In this document: positions 40,167-49,921 of the stretch, piece after piece
Position numbering within the stretch: the stretch's first letter is position 1
Layout of the letters: the number at the start of each line of letters is the position of its first letter
NCBI GenBank assembly: GCA_963827235.1
Contig: CAWHAE010000018.1
Coordinates: 128,001 to 192,000, forward strand
DNA from: an uncultured bacterium
GTDB taxonomy: Bacteria; Chloroflexota; UBA5177; JANWHV01
Length of the DNA stretch: 64,000 nucleotides
Direction of reading: 5' to 3'
Notes under the pieces: generated by a model
What the model was told of the DNA's origin: nothing
Databases searched by the model: none
The model's input: only the letters and a program-made list of their open reading frames with translations
Made by a program: the position numbers and the translations under genes

Positions 40167-40694
40167 TCATGGATGCGGATTCGAGCTGAACCGGGTGAAG
40201 TGCAGCGAAATGACCGCGGCCTGTCCCAGCACGAAGCCCGTCACCAGCTCGGCCCCCGCGTGCTGCTGCACGTGGAGCACGCCGATCTTTGGCCCGGTGA
40301 ACAAGCCTGCGTTCACCTGCGCCGAGAGCGCCTTGCCCAGATGCACGAACTGTGTGAGATAGAGCACGGTCGTACCGGTCTTCGCGTAGAGCGATAGTAT
40401 GCCGCTCATCACCGGATGGGGTTGGCGCGGTACCACGCGGCCGAATATGGTGAGCGTACCCGATGTGGCGAAGCTCGAGCTGCTCGATGCCGTCAGGTGA
40501 TAGCGGCCCTGAAACGCCGCCAGGCCCCCGGGCCAGCCGGCCGCGGTCGCAGCCGTGGCCGCCGAAGCGGTCGGCGCGGCGACAGCAACGCCTCCGCCGG
40601 CCGGGGCAACGGCACCAAGACAGAGAGCCACTGCCAGTACAATGATCGTCCTCAGGCCGCGGCGGCGCGATCGCCGTGCGTAGTTGGGTACCAT
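40167..40694 (-). CDS. Small secreted beta-rich hypothetical protein, paralogue of 49190-49693
   Basis: AAGGAGG RBS; Arg-rich n-region and signal peptide; alternating beta-strand pattern; directly downstream of the PQQ-type gene. Confidence 0.75.
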   Translation of the reverse strand: MVPNYARRSRRRGLRTIIVLAVALCLGAVAPAGGGVAVAAPTASAATAATAAGWPGGLAAFQGRYHLTASSSSSFATSGTLTIFGRVVPRQPHPVMSGILSLYAKTGTTVLYLTQFVHLGKALSAQVNAGLFTGPKIGVLHVQQHAGAELVTGFVLGQAAVISLHFTRFSSNPHP

Positions 40695-40729
40695 GTGACG
40701 CCTCCTTCTCGTGGCTGTCTGCAGGAAGC

Positions 40730-42376
40730 TCAGCCGCCAACCGCCGGCAACGGCTTGATCGGGGCTCCTCCGAGCTTTAGTACCAGAACGCTTGCACCCA
40801 GCTTGCCGAGCTGCTGTGCGCCGGTGACTGCCGATCCGCCGAGCACGATGGCGACGTACTCCGTGCCCTTGACCTCGTACAAGACGGGCGCGGACCCCGT
40901 CGCCAGGCCCACGTCGGCAGTCCACACCACTTTGCCGGTGCGGTCGTCAAAGGCATAGAAGGTACCGTCTTGACCGGACGAGAGCACGAGGTGGCTCGCC
41001 GTCACGCTGGCGCCGCCGATCATCGGCGTTGGGAGTTTGAGCTTCCAGAGGAACTTGCCGGTGTTCACGTCGACCGCCGAAAAGGTGCCGCTGGCTTTGC
41101 CCACCGGGCTGCGTGTGCCGGCGAAATCGCGCTCTCCGCCCGTTGCGGCGCCCGTGATCTTGATGCGGAAGCACTGATCGATGCCCGGCACGTAGACCGC
41201 GTGGGTCAGAGGGCTGTAGGCAACCGGCGAATAGGGCGAGCCGCCGATCGTGCCCGGGCACGACACGACACCCTTGGTGGTCGGCGCCGGATGGTTGACG
41301 CGCACGTACTGCAAGGGAGCAAAGAGCAGTTTGCCGGTCGCGGCGTTCAGGAGGTACACGAGGCCGTTCTTGCCGGCTTCCGCGACCCCGCGCACCTTCT
41401 TGCCGGCGATCTGAGCGTCGAAGAGCACGACGGGAGAGGCGGCGCCGTAGCTCCATTGATCGTGCGGCGTCTCCTGGTAGTACCAGACGAGCTTACCCGT
41501 GCGAGCCTGCAGAGCGAGAATCGAATCAGTGTAGAGGTCGGGGCCTTCCCGGCCGGTGCCCAGCAGCACGGGCGAGGGTGTGCCGGTGCCGATGTAGACC
41601 AGGCCGGTGGTGGTGTCGACCGTGGGTGGCATGTATGTGCCGCCGCCTCCGTGATTGCCCTTCGGCACCCAACCGTGACCGGGCGCCGGAACGGTATAGA
41701 ATCGCCACAGGAGTTTGCCCGTGTTGGCATCGTAGGCGGCAACAAACCCGCGCACGCCGTCCTGACTGCCCGACGACCCGACAAAGACGATACCATTCCA
41801 GATCGTCGGCGCCATCGTCTCGTAATAGCCCGCATGTGGATCGGCTGCCTGCGCCTGCCACAGCCGCTCTCCGGTGTCCTCGGTAATCGCCTGCAACCGG
41901 CCATCAAAGGTCACAATGTATACCTTGCCGTTCGAGACGGCAACGCCGCGGTTGACCGAGACGCCGTAGCCGCCCACGCCGGTCGACAACGAGAAATCCA
42001 CCGGCGATGCGTAGCGCCAGGTCTCCTGCCCGGTGACCGCGTTCAGGGCGATGATCTCGTCCGTGTTGGTGGTGACAAACATGGTGCTGCCGATCACCTG
42101 CGGGAAGCTCTCCGACAGTACCTGGTAAGGACCGAGACCGGCGGTCCAGGCCACTCCCAGCTTCTTGATGTTGCCGGGATTCACCTGGGTGAGCGGTGAG
42201 AATCGAGTGTTGTCGCGGTCGCCGCCGAAATACGGCCAGTCGGCGCCGGCTACCGCCGCGGTCGCCGTGGCTCGTGCCGGGCCGGCTGCCAGGCTCGGGT
42301 AGGATAAGACCCCGGCTCCAACCAGGACGAATGTCGCGGCCCACCGCCATCGTTTCCCAGACCACCAAAGCGCCAT
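40730..42376 (-). CDS. Secreted PQQ-dependent dehydrogenase-like beta-propeller lacking canonical metal ligands
   Basis: DWPYFGG..RFSPLTQVN..L.VAW, VNRGVA, GVRGFVAAYDANTGKLLWRF, TGKLVWYYQETPHD, GKNG, CPG; GGAGG RBS. Confidence 0.9.
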   Translation of the reverse strand: MALWWSGKRWRWAATFVLVGAGVLSYPSLAAGPARATATAAVAGADWPYFGGDRDNTRFSPLTQVNPGNIKKLGVAWTAGLGPYQVLSESFPQVIGSTMFVTTNTDEIIALNAVTGQETWRYASPVDFSLSTGVGGYGVSVNRGVAVSNGKVYIVTFDGRLQAITEDTGERLWQAQAADPHAGYYETMAPTIWNGIVFVGSSGSQDGVRGFVAAYDANTGKLLWRFYTVPAPGHGWVPKGNHGGGGTYMPPTVDTTTGLVYIGTGTPSPVLLGTGREGPDLYTDSILALQARTGKLVWYYQETPHDQWSYGAASPVVLFDAQIAGKKVRGVAEAGKNGLVYLLNAATGKLLFAPLQYVRVNHPAPTTKGVVSCPGTIGGSPYSPVAYSPLTHAVYVPGIDQCFRIKITGAATGGERDFAGTRSPVGKASGTFSAVDVNTGKFLWKLKLPTPMIGGASVTASHLVLSSGQDGTFYAFDDRTGKVVWTADVGLATGSAPVLYEVKGTEYVAIVLGGSAVTGAQQLGKLGASVLVLKLGGAPIKPLPAVGG

Positions 42377-42613
42377 TGCCGTGCTGCCCCTCCTCCACGT
42401 CTCGTAGCATGAAGCGACTTCAACCACACCCGTACGATCGGCGGCTGCCGGCGCCCATCCTCCTCATGCGAACCTTTGCCGTCAATTGGTTGCGTTCAAG
42501 CCACCTATTCTACAGTATGCACATGTTTTATATGTTGGTACTATGTGAACTGAATACCCCCCGTCGAGGCCGGAGGCACTCCGGTATCGTCACAACGTCG
42601 AGAGGATCAATCG

Positions 42614-44395
42614 GTGCTGTTTCCGGCCACGCTGGAATCGCCAAGGGCAACGCCCGCAGGGCGTCACCGGTCGCCCACACCTATCCGCTACGAGCGCGTA
42701 CTGGCGCTCTGCATCTCCGGATGGCGGGCCGGTCCCAGGGTCGCGGCGGGCTGGTTTGCGCCTTCCCTGGATGCTGCACTGCGCATGGCTCCCCGCCTGG
42801 CGCCGGAGACGCAGCCATGCGCGGCTCTATTCGTGTCGGCCGCCGAGACTGGCGGCCCACGCTCCGGCCGTGCCTCCGGAGACAGGACCGGTTCGTTGAC
42901 ACCGGCCGGGAAGGCCGAGTTTCGGCCGGCGGCAAGCCATATTTCGGTTCGCGCAGCCTTGGCGCGCATCCACGCCTGTATCCGGCGTGCCTGGCTCGTG
43001 GCCGCCTGCCTGCGCGCGTTGCAAGCGGGCTTGTTCGCCGGACTCGTCATGGCCCTCGCCGTGTTCTGGCAAGGCTGGAGCCCCATGGTCGTGCCGCTCG
43101 CCGTGCTCGCCACGACCGCGATCCTATTCTCGATTGCTGCCCGCAGGCAGCCCGACATGGATGCGACGGCACGATACCTCGACCGGAAGCTCGGCCTGAA
43201 GGAAGCGCTGGCCACCGCCCTCGATCTGGAGTCGGCCGGCAGACGGTCGAGCCTGAGCCTGCTGCAGAGGCAGGCCGCGGCCGACCTTGCCGGCACGATA
43301 GCTGCCCGCCAAATCACCACACCGTCAGTCACCATCGGTGCGTGGGCGATCTCTACCCTGCTGCTCTGCACGACGGCGGCTGTACTGCTCGTACCGCACG
43401 CCGACCAGGCTACGGTGCGAATGGCGGCCATGGCCGGGCGACAACCCGCAAACCCGGCAGCCACCTTCCCCAGCACCGCGGCGGTCGCGACGAGCAGCTC
43501 TATCGTGGTGCGCGTTGCCGTGGTCGGCACGACGCGCGACACTGCCGCGCCGGGCCGGCGCGCCGTGCGGCCGTCGGGCGCCCAGCGAGCGACAGTGATC
43601 AGGTCGGCGAGCAAGGCGCAACCCGCGGGCAGGCAGTCCGCGACTACAGGCAGTACCGGCAAGTCCGGCACCGCAGGCACGGTCAAGGGGCAGACGCCGG
43701 GGAGCGGCGCTCAGCGCACCCTGCCGTTCCTCCAGGGCAGCCAGAGTTTTCTGCCTACGTCACCGTCCGCCTCCGGACGGGCAGGAACGGTCCTGCCGGG
43801 CTCGCAGGCACGACCTGCCGGCGCGAGCGCCGGGACAAGGGGGAGCGCGAGCGGGGCGGCAACGGGCACCGGTGCAGCGGCCAGGAGCAGCACCGCCAAG
43901 CCAACGGGCAAGAGCGCAGGGCAGAACGGCCAGGGATCCGCGAGCCATGCCGGAGGGTTGGCGGGCAAGCAGGGCAACGGCGCCGCCTCGACAGGCCAGT
44001 GCTTGTACGGGTGCCTGCAAATCACCAAAGCTCAGCTCGCAACGCCAGGTCTGATTACCGGGAAAGGCCAGTTCAGCGGGAGCGGCACTCCAGGCGGTTC
44101 GACGGCAGGGCACTCGGCCGGCAGTGCGCCGAAATCCGGCAGCGCGGTGGCTTCCAGCTCCCCAAAAGGGCGCCAGCTCAATCTCACCAGTCCGTACAAT
44201 GCATCGCAGTCGGGGTCCAGCAGCTCCAGCCAGGCAAACGGCCACAACGGAGCCGGATCGGCGAAACAGTCGGTCGTGTCGGCCGGCGCCGCGGTAGCCC
44301 AGTCGTTCCAGTATGTGCCGCCCGACGCCAATCTGCGGCAGCCTGGCGATGCGAGCCTGGTCGCGCGGTACTTCCGGCATGGGTCGGCGGCGTAG
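42614..44395 (+). CDS. Membrane protein with long Gly/Ser/Ala-rich linker, MoxR/vWA-cluster associated; start uncertain (possibly 42785 or later)
   Basis: TM helices, ARYLDRKLGLKEALATAL, low-complexity region, C-terminal LVARYF as in MoxR-operon partners. Confidence 0.7.
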   Translation: MLFPATLESPRATPAGRHRSPTPIRYERVLALCISGWRAGPRVAAGWFAPSLDAALRMAPRLAPETQPCAALFVSAAETGGPRSGRASGDRTGSLTPAGKAEFRPAASHISVRAALARIHACIRRAWLVAACLRALQAGLFAGLVMALAVFWQGWSPMVVPLAVLATTAILFSIAARRQPDMDATARYLDRKLGLKEALATALDLESAGRRSSLSLLQRQAAADLAGTIAARQITTPSVTIGAWAISTLLLCTTAAVLLVPHADQATVRMAAMAGRQPANPAATFPSTAAVATSSSIVVRVAVVGTTRDTAAPGRRAVRPSGAQRATVIRSASKAQPAGRQSATTGSTGKSGTAGTVKGQTPGSGAQRTLPFLQGSQSFLPTSPSASGRAGTVLPGSQARPAGASAGTRGSASGAATGTGAAARSSTAKPTGKSAGQNGQGSASHAGGLAGKQGNGAASTGQCLYGCLQITKAQLATPGLITGKGQFSGSGTPGGSTAGHSAGSAPKSGSAVASSSPKGRQLNLTSPYNASQSGSSSSSQANGHNGAGSAKQSVVSAGAAVAQSFQYVPPDANLRQPGDASLVARYFRHGSAA

Positions 44396-44416
44396 TCGGG
44401 GCGGTAGCCGGCGCTC

Positions 44417-46279
44417 ATGACGCTGCTCAGTCCCCTTGCCCTGCTCGGATTGGTCCTGGTGCCAGCTCTTGTGAGCCTGCATCTCCGGCGCCGCCAGGCC
44501 CGTCCGGTCGAGATCCCCAGCCTGATCCTGTGGATCGACCTGGGAGCAATGGCAGCCTCGTCCGGCAGGCGTTGGCGCATCGAGCAAGCACTCTTGCTCC
44601 TGCTTCAGATCCTTGCCGTCGTTTCGCTCACAGTCGTGCTGGCTCAACCGAGCGGCAGCGCGACCGTGTTGGGCACGCGCGTCTACGTGATCGACGACGG
44701 GATGCTCATGCGCGTTGCCGATCCGGCGCCGTCCCGGCTGCAGGCGGCCAAGACGCTCATCGCCGGGGACATCCAGTCCGCGCCGGCCGGCACGAGCCTG
44801 GCAATAGTCGCCGCGGGGGCAGTGCCGCGTCTGCTGATCGCGACGACCGATCGGGCATCGGCCCTGACGGCATTGAGAAGACTGCAGCCGGTGCCTGCAA
44901 CACCCGATTTCGAAGCAGCGCTGCGCCTTGCCGCCGGCCTCCTTTCCTCACGAAACGCCCGCCTGCGGATCGCCTATTCTGCCGGCGAGCAGTTGCCGCC
45001 GGTCGGCGTCGCGGCGGGTATGCTCTCACGCGATGCTATCGGCGACGATCGCGGCAACCAAGCAGTCGCCGGCCTGGCCGTTCGCTGCGCCGGCGGCAGC
45101 TCTTGCAACGCCTTCGCGGCCATTCAGAACAGCGCTGCCTCCGGGCTCCAGGATACCGTGCTGATTGAAGCCGACGGCCGGCTGCTCGGTGAGAAGCAGC
45201 TGGATCTGCCGGCCCTCTCGAGCACGAACCTCAGCTTCGCGGTGCCCGCGGCGCGGCACGTGCTTCAGGTCACGCTGGCGCGGCAGGATCTTGCCGCCGC
45301 CGACAACGCCGCTTTCGCGGTCATTCCCGGGCAGCGGAACTCTACTGCCACCGTCGTGGGCACCGCGACGCTTGCTGCTGCCGTGGCCAGGGCGCTGAGT
45401 GCCGTGCCGGGCGTTCGCGTGGTCACGCTGCCGCCGAGCAAATATGGAACCGTGGCGCGCGGCAGGGCAGGGCTTCTGGTACTTGCCGGCTGGATGCCAG
45501 CCGGGTCGCTGCCGCCGACGCCGAGTCTGCTGATCGTGGATCCACCGCGCTTTCCCGGGGGGTCCGCGCCCGCGCCGCTGGCTGATACCACGATCAGCGG
45601 CGAGGATCTCGCGAATCCGCTGCTCTCCGGCGTCGACCTGACGTCACTCAGCATCCCGCCCGGCAGCGCCTGGCAGCTAGCCCTGCCGGCAGGATTGCAG
45701 CCGGCAGTGTGGACCAGCGCCGGACCGCTCATCTCGGCTGGATTGCTCGACGGACGGCGTGTCGTCGTCCTGGGTTTCGACCCCACGGCGTCCAATCTCG
45801 CCCAGCTTCCCGCTTTTCCCTTGCTCGCCGCGAACGTGGTGCAGTGGACAGGCGGATGGCTGCCCCAGTCGGCCGTGCCTGGTTCCGGCCTCTCGGTGGC
45901 CGTTCCGCCTGCCACCACCTCGATCGAGGTATCAACTCAGGCAGCGCTGGGCGCCGCGGCCGTCTCCTCTCGCCTCGTCGCCAGTGGAAGCAACGCGTAC
46001 CTGACCGTGCCGTCGCCCGGTATCTATACGGTGACCGAGCGCGGCGCGTGGGGCAGCCGCGAGGCACAGATCGCGGTCAGTGCCGGCCCTCCCGTGCAGA
46101 CCCTGCCGGCCGCGGCGATCGCAGCAGGCTCGAACAGCGCGGCCACGGTGCCGCTCGAGAAGCCGGCAACCCTCTTGGTCTGGCCATGGCTGGCAGTCCT
46201 GGCAGCGCTGCTGATCGCCGTGGAGTGGCTGGCGCTTCTGTCTCGTTATCGCTCGGCCGCCAGGCCCGCGGCGATGTGA
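44417..46279 (+). CDS. BatA-domain / vWA-like membrane protein
   Basis: LLSPLALLGL..LHL...EIPSLILW..LLLLQIL..LAQP BatA N-terminus; degenerate MIDAS VIDDGMLM; DNAA; C-terminal WPWL..EW. Confidence 0.85.
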   Translation: MTLLSPLALLGLVLVPALVSLHLRRRQARPVEIPSLILWIDLGAMAASSGRRWRIEQALLLLLQILAVVSLTVVLAQPSGSATVLGTRVYVIDDGMLMRVADPAPSRLQAAKTLIAGDIQSAPAGTSLAIVAAGAVPRLLIATTDRASALTALRRLQPVPATPDFEAALRLAAGLLSSRNARLRIAYSAGEQLPPVGVAAGMLSRDAIGDDRGNQAVAGLAVRCAGGSSCNAFAAIQNSAASGLQDTVLIEADGRLLGEKQLDLPALSSTNLSFAVPAARHVLQVTLARQDLAAADNAAFAVIPGQRNSTATVVGTATLAAAVARALSAVPGVRVVTLPPSKYGTVARGRAGLLVLAGWMPAGSLPPTPSLLIVDPPRFPGGSAPAPLADTTISGEDLANPLLSGVDLTSLSIPPGSAWQLALPAGLQPAVWTSAGPLISAGLLDGRRVVVLGFDPTASNLAQLPAFPLLAANVVQWTGGWLPQSAVPGSGLSVAVPPATTSIEVSTQAALGAAAVSSRLVASGSNAYLTVPSPGIYTVTERGAWGSREAQIAVSAGPPVQTLPAAAIAAGSNSAATVPLEKPATLLVWPWLAVLAALLIAVEWLALLSRYRSAARPAAM

Positions 46280-46295
46280 AGGACGGCTAGCCAGA

Positions 46296-48902
46296 ATGAC
46301 GCATGCCGTGATCGCTGCCGCGTTCGTCCTTCAATCGCCGCGCGCGCTCTGGCTCTTGCTCCTGCCCATCGCCCTGGTCGCGCTGACCGCGGCACGCCTT
46401 CGCCAGAGTCGAGGCGAGCGCGGCAACGCCGTGGCGACGAGCCTTCGCGGCATTGCTCTCTGTGTTCTCGTGGTGGCGCTGGCACAGCCTACCTGGCAGG
46501 TGACCCAGACGTCGATGGGCCTCACCCTCGTGCTCGATAATTCCGCGAGCATCTCGCCCACGGGCCGCGCCACGGAAGCACACTGGCTCCTAGACGGCGC
46601 CGCCGCTGCGTCCAGTGCGTCGCCGCTACGCGTCGTCACCTTTGCCGGCAGCGGGTCGGCGCTCACCGTGGAAGGCCCGTTGAGCCGAAGCACCGTCGAC
46701 GGCCTGTTGCGGCCCGCCGGCGATGCATCGCAGACCGACCTCGCCGGTGCCCTCGAGCTGGCCGCCGGTATCGCACCGTCGCATTCTCGGGTCGTCGTGC
46801 TGACGGACGGGCTTCAAACCACGGGCGACGCCGGCTCGGCCCTATCCAGTCTGGTCGCCGGGCACCTGACCGTCGACACGGTAGCGCTGTCCGAACCACT
46901 GCAACCGGACGAGGCTGTGACCCGAGTGGCGCTGCCGCCGTCGGCACCGGAGGGCGCGGCACAGGTGGTCCAGGTGACGATCAACTCCACCGAGGCCCAG
47001 ACATCGACCCTGAGAGTACGGATCGATGGGCGGACCATCGGAAGCCAGTCGCTAGCCCTGCCCGCAGGCACGAGCTCGTATCTCGTCAACCTACCCGGTC
47101 AGGCTGCCGGATGGCACACGGTGCAGGTCACCGCGCGGGCGAGCGCGGACGTGGTGCCGCAGAACAACAGCCTATCCGCGGTGGTCGACGTAGTGCCGCC
47201 GCCAAGCGTGCTCCTCGTCGACCGGCAAGCGCCAAGCAGTGAGGCCCGGACCGTGCTCGGCGCTGCTCCCGTCTCCATCGTGGAGACGCTCCCGCGAGCC
47301 GTGCCCACATCTCCCGCTCGGCTTGCCCAATACAGCTCCGTCGTGTTGGACAATCTGCCTGCATCAGCCTTTTCTGCCGCGCAGGTAGCGGCACTGGACA
47401 CGGCGGTGCAGAAGCAGGGCGTGGGGCTCTTCGTACTGGGTGGCTCGCACAGCCTGACTCTTGGCCACTATAGCGAGACCGCGCTCGAGCGTCTACTGCC
47501 CCTGCAGAGCGAGACGCCCGCCAGCCTGCAGAACGGGAACGTCGCCCTGCAGCTCGTGCTCGACCGATCGGGAAGCATGGACGACCTCGCCGGCGGTGAC
47601 GTGCCCAAGATTCAGATGTCTCGCTCGGCCGCGCGCCTTGCCGCCGGCTTCGCCATGCAGCACACCGACGACTTTGGCATTCTCGCCTTCGACCAGGTCT
47701 CGCACATTCTCGTGCCCATGGGCAAGGTGACCTCGGCCGACGCGGCTCGCCTGAATCGCGCCATCAACGGCATGTTCAGCGACGGCGGCACCAACATCTA
47801 CCAGGCCCTGCAGCAGGGCATCCAACAGGTGAGCCGGAGCGCGGCGCCGTATCGCCACATCATCCTGATGACGGACGGCAGGAGCGACCCGGCAAACTAC
47901 CAGCCGTTGTTCCGCGAAGCGGCGGCCGATAGGGTCACTATTTCAACGGTAGGCCTCGGCCTGGATGCCGACACACAGCTGCTGCGGTACATGGCCGCCC
48001 AGGGTAAAGGGCGCTTCTACTTCACGAACAACGGCGCCGACCTGCCGCGCATATTCGCGGAGGAGGCGCGCTTATCGGCCGGGTCGGCGGCGGTCACCGG
48101 CACGATCGCCGTGCAGATGGCGCACAGCAGCCCGCTGACTCGAGATCTCCCCAGTGGGCGGCTCCCGAATCTCGCCGGGTATGTCGCCACGGTACTGAAG
48201 CCCGATGCCTCCGCCGATCTGGTGACCAGCATCCGGAACCGCCGGCCCGATCCGCTGCTTGCCCACTGGCAGTACGGTCTGGGCAGGGTGGCCGTCTGGA
48301 CGCCCGGGCTGGAAGGCTCGTGGCCGGCACCATGGCGTCCGGCGCAGGACGAATTTTGGTCGGACGTGCTCCAGTGGTCGTTGCGCGGCCCCTCGACGCC
48401 GGCCTACGCGGCTTCGATTGTGCCGTCCCCGGCCGGCTACTCAATCCAGATCGATACGCTGACCAACACCGGCGCCGCCCAGGACCTGCAGCAGATCGAC
48501 GTCGATGTCCGCGCTCCCGACGGCAGGACGTCCAATCTACTGGCGATACAGACCGAGCCGGGGCTCTATCGAGTGCCGCTGGCGCTGACCGCGCCAGGTG
48601 CCTATGTGGTGACCGCCAGGCCGGTCTTCGGCGGCGCTGCAGCCCAGACCACCACCGTGCTCGCGGTGCCCTATGCGACCGAATACCGGCCCGCGGCAGC
48701 GAACGTCGCCCTGCTCGAGACAATCGCGGGCTCCACCGGAGGTGCTGTCCTGTCTGCTGCCGGCGCGCCGCCCTCCGCGCGACCGCCTGCTGGACAGACG
48801 GAGAACCTGGCCTGGCCGCTCGCGCTGGCCGCTCTCCTCCTCTTTTTCGCCGCAGTCGGTGCGGAGCGGCTGGCGACCGACATGGAGCCGGCAGGCCCGT
48901 GA
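46296..48902 (+). CDS. Double vWA-domain membrane protein with GATase-like middle region
   Basis: LDNSAS/TDL/LTDG and LDRSGSM/GGTNI/MTDG MIDAS sets; LGGSHS..LERLLP; PLLAHWQYGLGRVAVWT; C-terminal TM. Confidence 0.9.
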   Translation: MTHAVIAAAFVLQSPRALWLLLLPIALVALTAARLRQSRGERGNAVATSLRGIALCVLVVALAQPTWQVTQTSMGLTLVLDNSASISPTGRATEAHWLLDGAAAASSASPLRVVTFAGSGSALTVEGPLSRSTVDGLLRPAGDASQTDLAGALELAAGIAPSHSRVVVLTDGLQTTGDAGSALSSLVAGHLTVDTVALSEPLQPDEAVTRVALPPSAPEGAAQVVQVTINSTEAQTSTLRVRIDGRTIGSQSLALPAGTSSYLVNLPGQAAGWHTVQVTARASADVVPQNNSLSAVVDVVPPPSVLLVDRQAPSSEARTVLGAAPVSIVETLPRAVPTSPARLAQYSSVVLDNLPASAFSAAQVAALDTAVQKQGVGLFVLGGSHSLTLGHYSETALERLLPLQSETPASLQNGNVALQLVLDRSGSMDDLAGGDVPKIQMSRSAARLAAGFAMQHTDDFGILAFDQVSHILVPMGKVTSADAARLNRAINGMFSDGGTNIYQALQQGIQQVSRSAAPYRHIILMTDGRSDPANYQPLFREAAADRVTISTVGLGLDADTQLLRYMAAQGKGRFYFTNNGADLPRIFAEEARLSAGSAAVTGTIAVQMAHSSPLTRDLPSGRLPNLAGYVATVLKPDASADLVTSIRNRRPDPLLAHWQYGLGRVAVWTPGLEGSWPAPWRPAQDEFWSDVLQWSLRGPSTPAYAASIVPSPAGYSIQIDTLTNTGAAQDLQQIDVDVRAPDGRTSNLLAIQTEPGLYRVPLALTAPGAYVVTARPVFGGAAAQTTTVLAVPYATEYRPAAANVALLETIAGSTGGAVLSAAGAPPSARPPAGQTENLAWPLALAALLLFFAAVGAERLATDMEPAGP

Positions 48903-49016
48903 GTCTTACCGGCACACGGCTGTGCCGGCCGCATAGCGAGCCGCGCAACGGTCGGCGACGCGCACTCAATTGCCACCGCTCATCCTGGTCGCAAGCACAG
49001 AGCAATGAAGCAATTA

Positions 49017-49057
49017 TTGACAGTATAAGTTTGCTAATCTATTATCGAAGTAGCAAA
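49017..49057 (+). promoter_or_regulatory. Near-consensus sigma70 promoter with overlapping inverted repeat
   Basis: TTGACA 49017-49022, 17 bp, TATTAT 49040-49045; tttgcta (49030) / tagcaaa (49051) flank the -10; AT-rich island. Confidence 0.75.
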
Positions 49058-49189
49058 GATTACAGGTTTCTCCCCGAGCCAGGGCGCCATTTCTGTCGGC
49101 TGGGAAATCCCCACCCGCTGGGGATGAGGCATGCCTGGCGAACGACGCAGGCATCTCACAGGAGAAGCCGTCCCACTGTGGGGGAAAGG

Positions 49190-49693
49190 ATGGCAATGAC
49201 GGCAGTCCCGCGCAGATCCATGTTGTTCGCCGCGTGTGCGCTCCTGGTATCGGCCCTGCTGTTGGCCGGCACGAGCACGGCGGTCGTCCGCGCAACGACC
49301 GGGCCGTCGGCGAATCACCCGCCTACGTTCAAGGTGAACAACAAGTTCGCTGCGCTCTTCACGGGTGAATTTACGCTCAAGTCCGTGCCCGCGTCGGCGC
49401 GCATTCAATCGGCGGCGCTCGGCATCGAAGTCGACGACAACGGTAACCTCTACGGGATTGCCCAGTTCTACGGGTACGACGCGTCTGGATTCCAGACGAG
49501 CTGGGTAGCTTCCCTCTACCACTTCCGGCAGACGGCCAAGACCCAGATGTCGCTGGATCTGCTGACCTCGTCGCTCTCCGTCGTGCTCGGGCGCATGGTA
49601 GTTGCCCCTCCAAGCCACGGCAGCATGACCGGCAGTCTCATCCTGAGCGGCCACACATACCCCGTCGTGTTCCACAAGATCTCCAACGCCTGA
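49190..49693 (+). CDS. Small secreted beta-rich hypothetical protein, paralogue of 40167-40694
   Basis: Signal peptide beginning PRRSML (possible Tat); beta-strand pattern; lies between the promoter and the PQQ-cupredoxin gene. Confidence 0.8.
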   Translation: MAMTAVPRRSMLFAACALLVSALLLAGTSTAVVRATTGPSANHPPTFKVNNKFAALFTGEFTLKSVPASARIQSAALGIEVDDNGNLYGIAQFYGYDASGFQTSWVASLYHFRQTAKTQMSLDLLTSSLSVVLGRMVVAPPSHGSMTGSLILSGHTYPVVFHKISNA

Positions 49694-49921
49694 TAGCTCC
49701 TCGCTATCCATCCTTGCGCGCCGTCCACCTGCAGCCACGTGAGCGGAGTGACGGCGCGCGCACCGACGAAGGGAGGGATGGCTCAAAGCGCCCGTGCGCG
49801 AAGGCCAGCCGTGTGTGCCGGTCCAGGACGCGCGCAGCTCGATTGACGTCGGCTGCTACGGGCCACGTGAGTAGAGTCCGCGGATATCCCATATCGAGAC
49901 GTGAATGTAGGGGGGACAGAC

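Noticed and set aside
42196-45168. 990-aa plus-strand ORF
   Set aside because: Arg/Gly/Pro-rich alternate frame overlapping better-supported genes.
48320-49189. Long N-terminal extension of the 457-aa ORF
   Set aside because: Overlaps the vWA gene and crosses a clear promoter; real start is 49190 or 49196.
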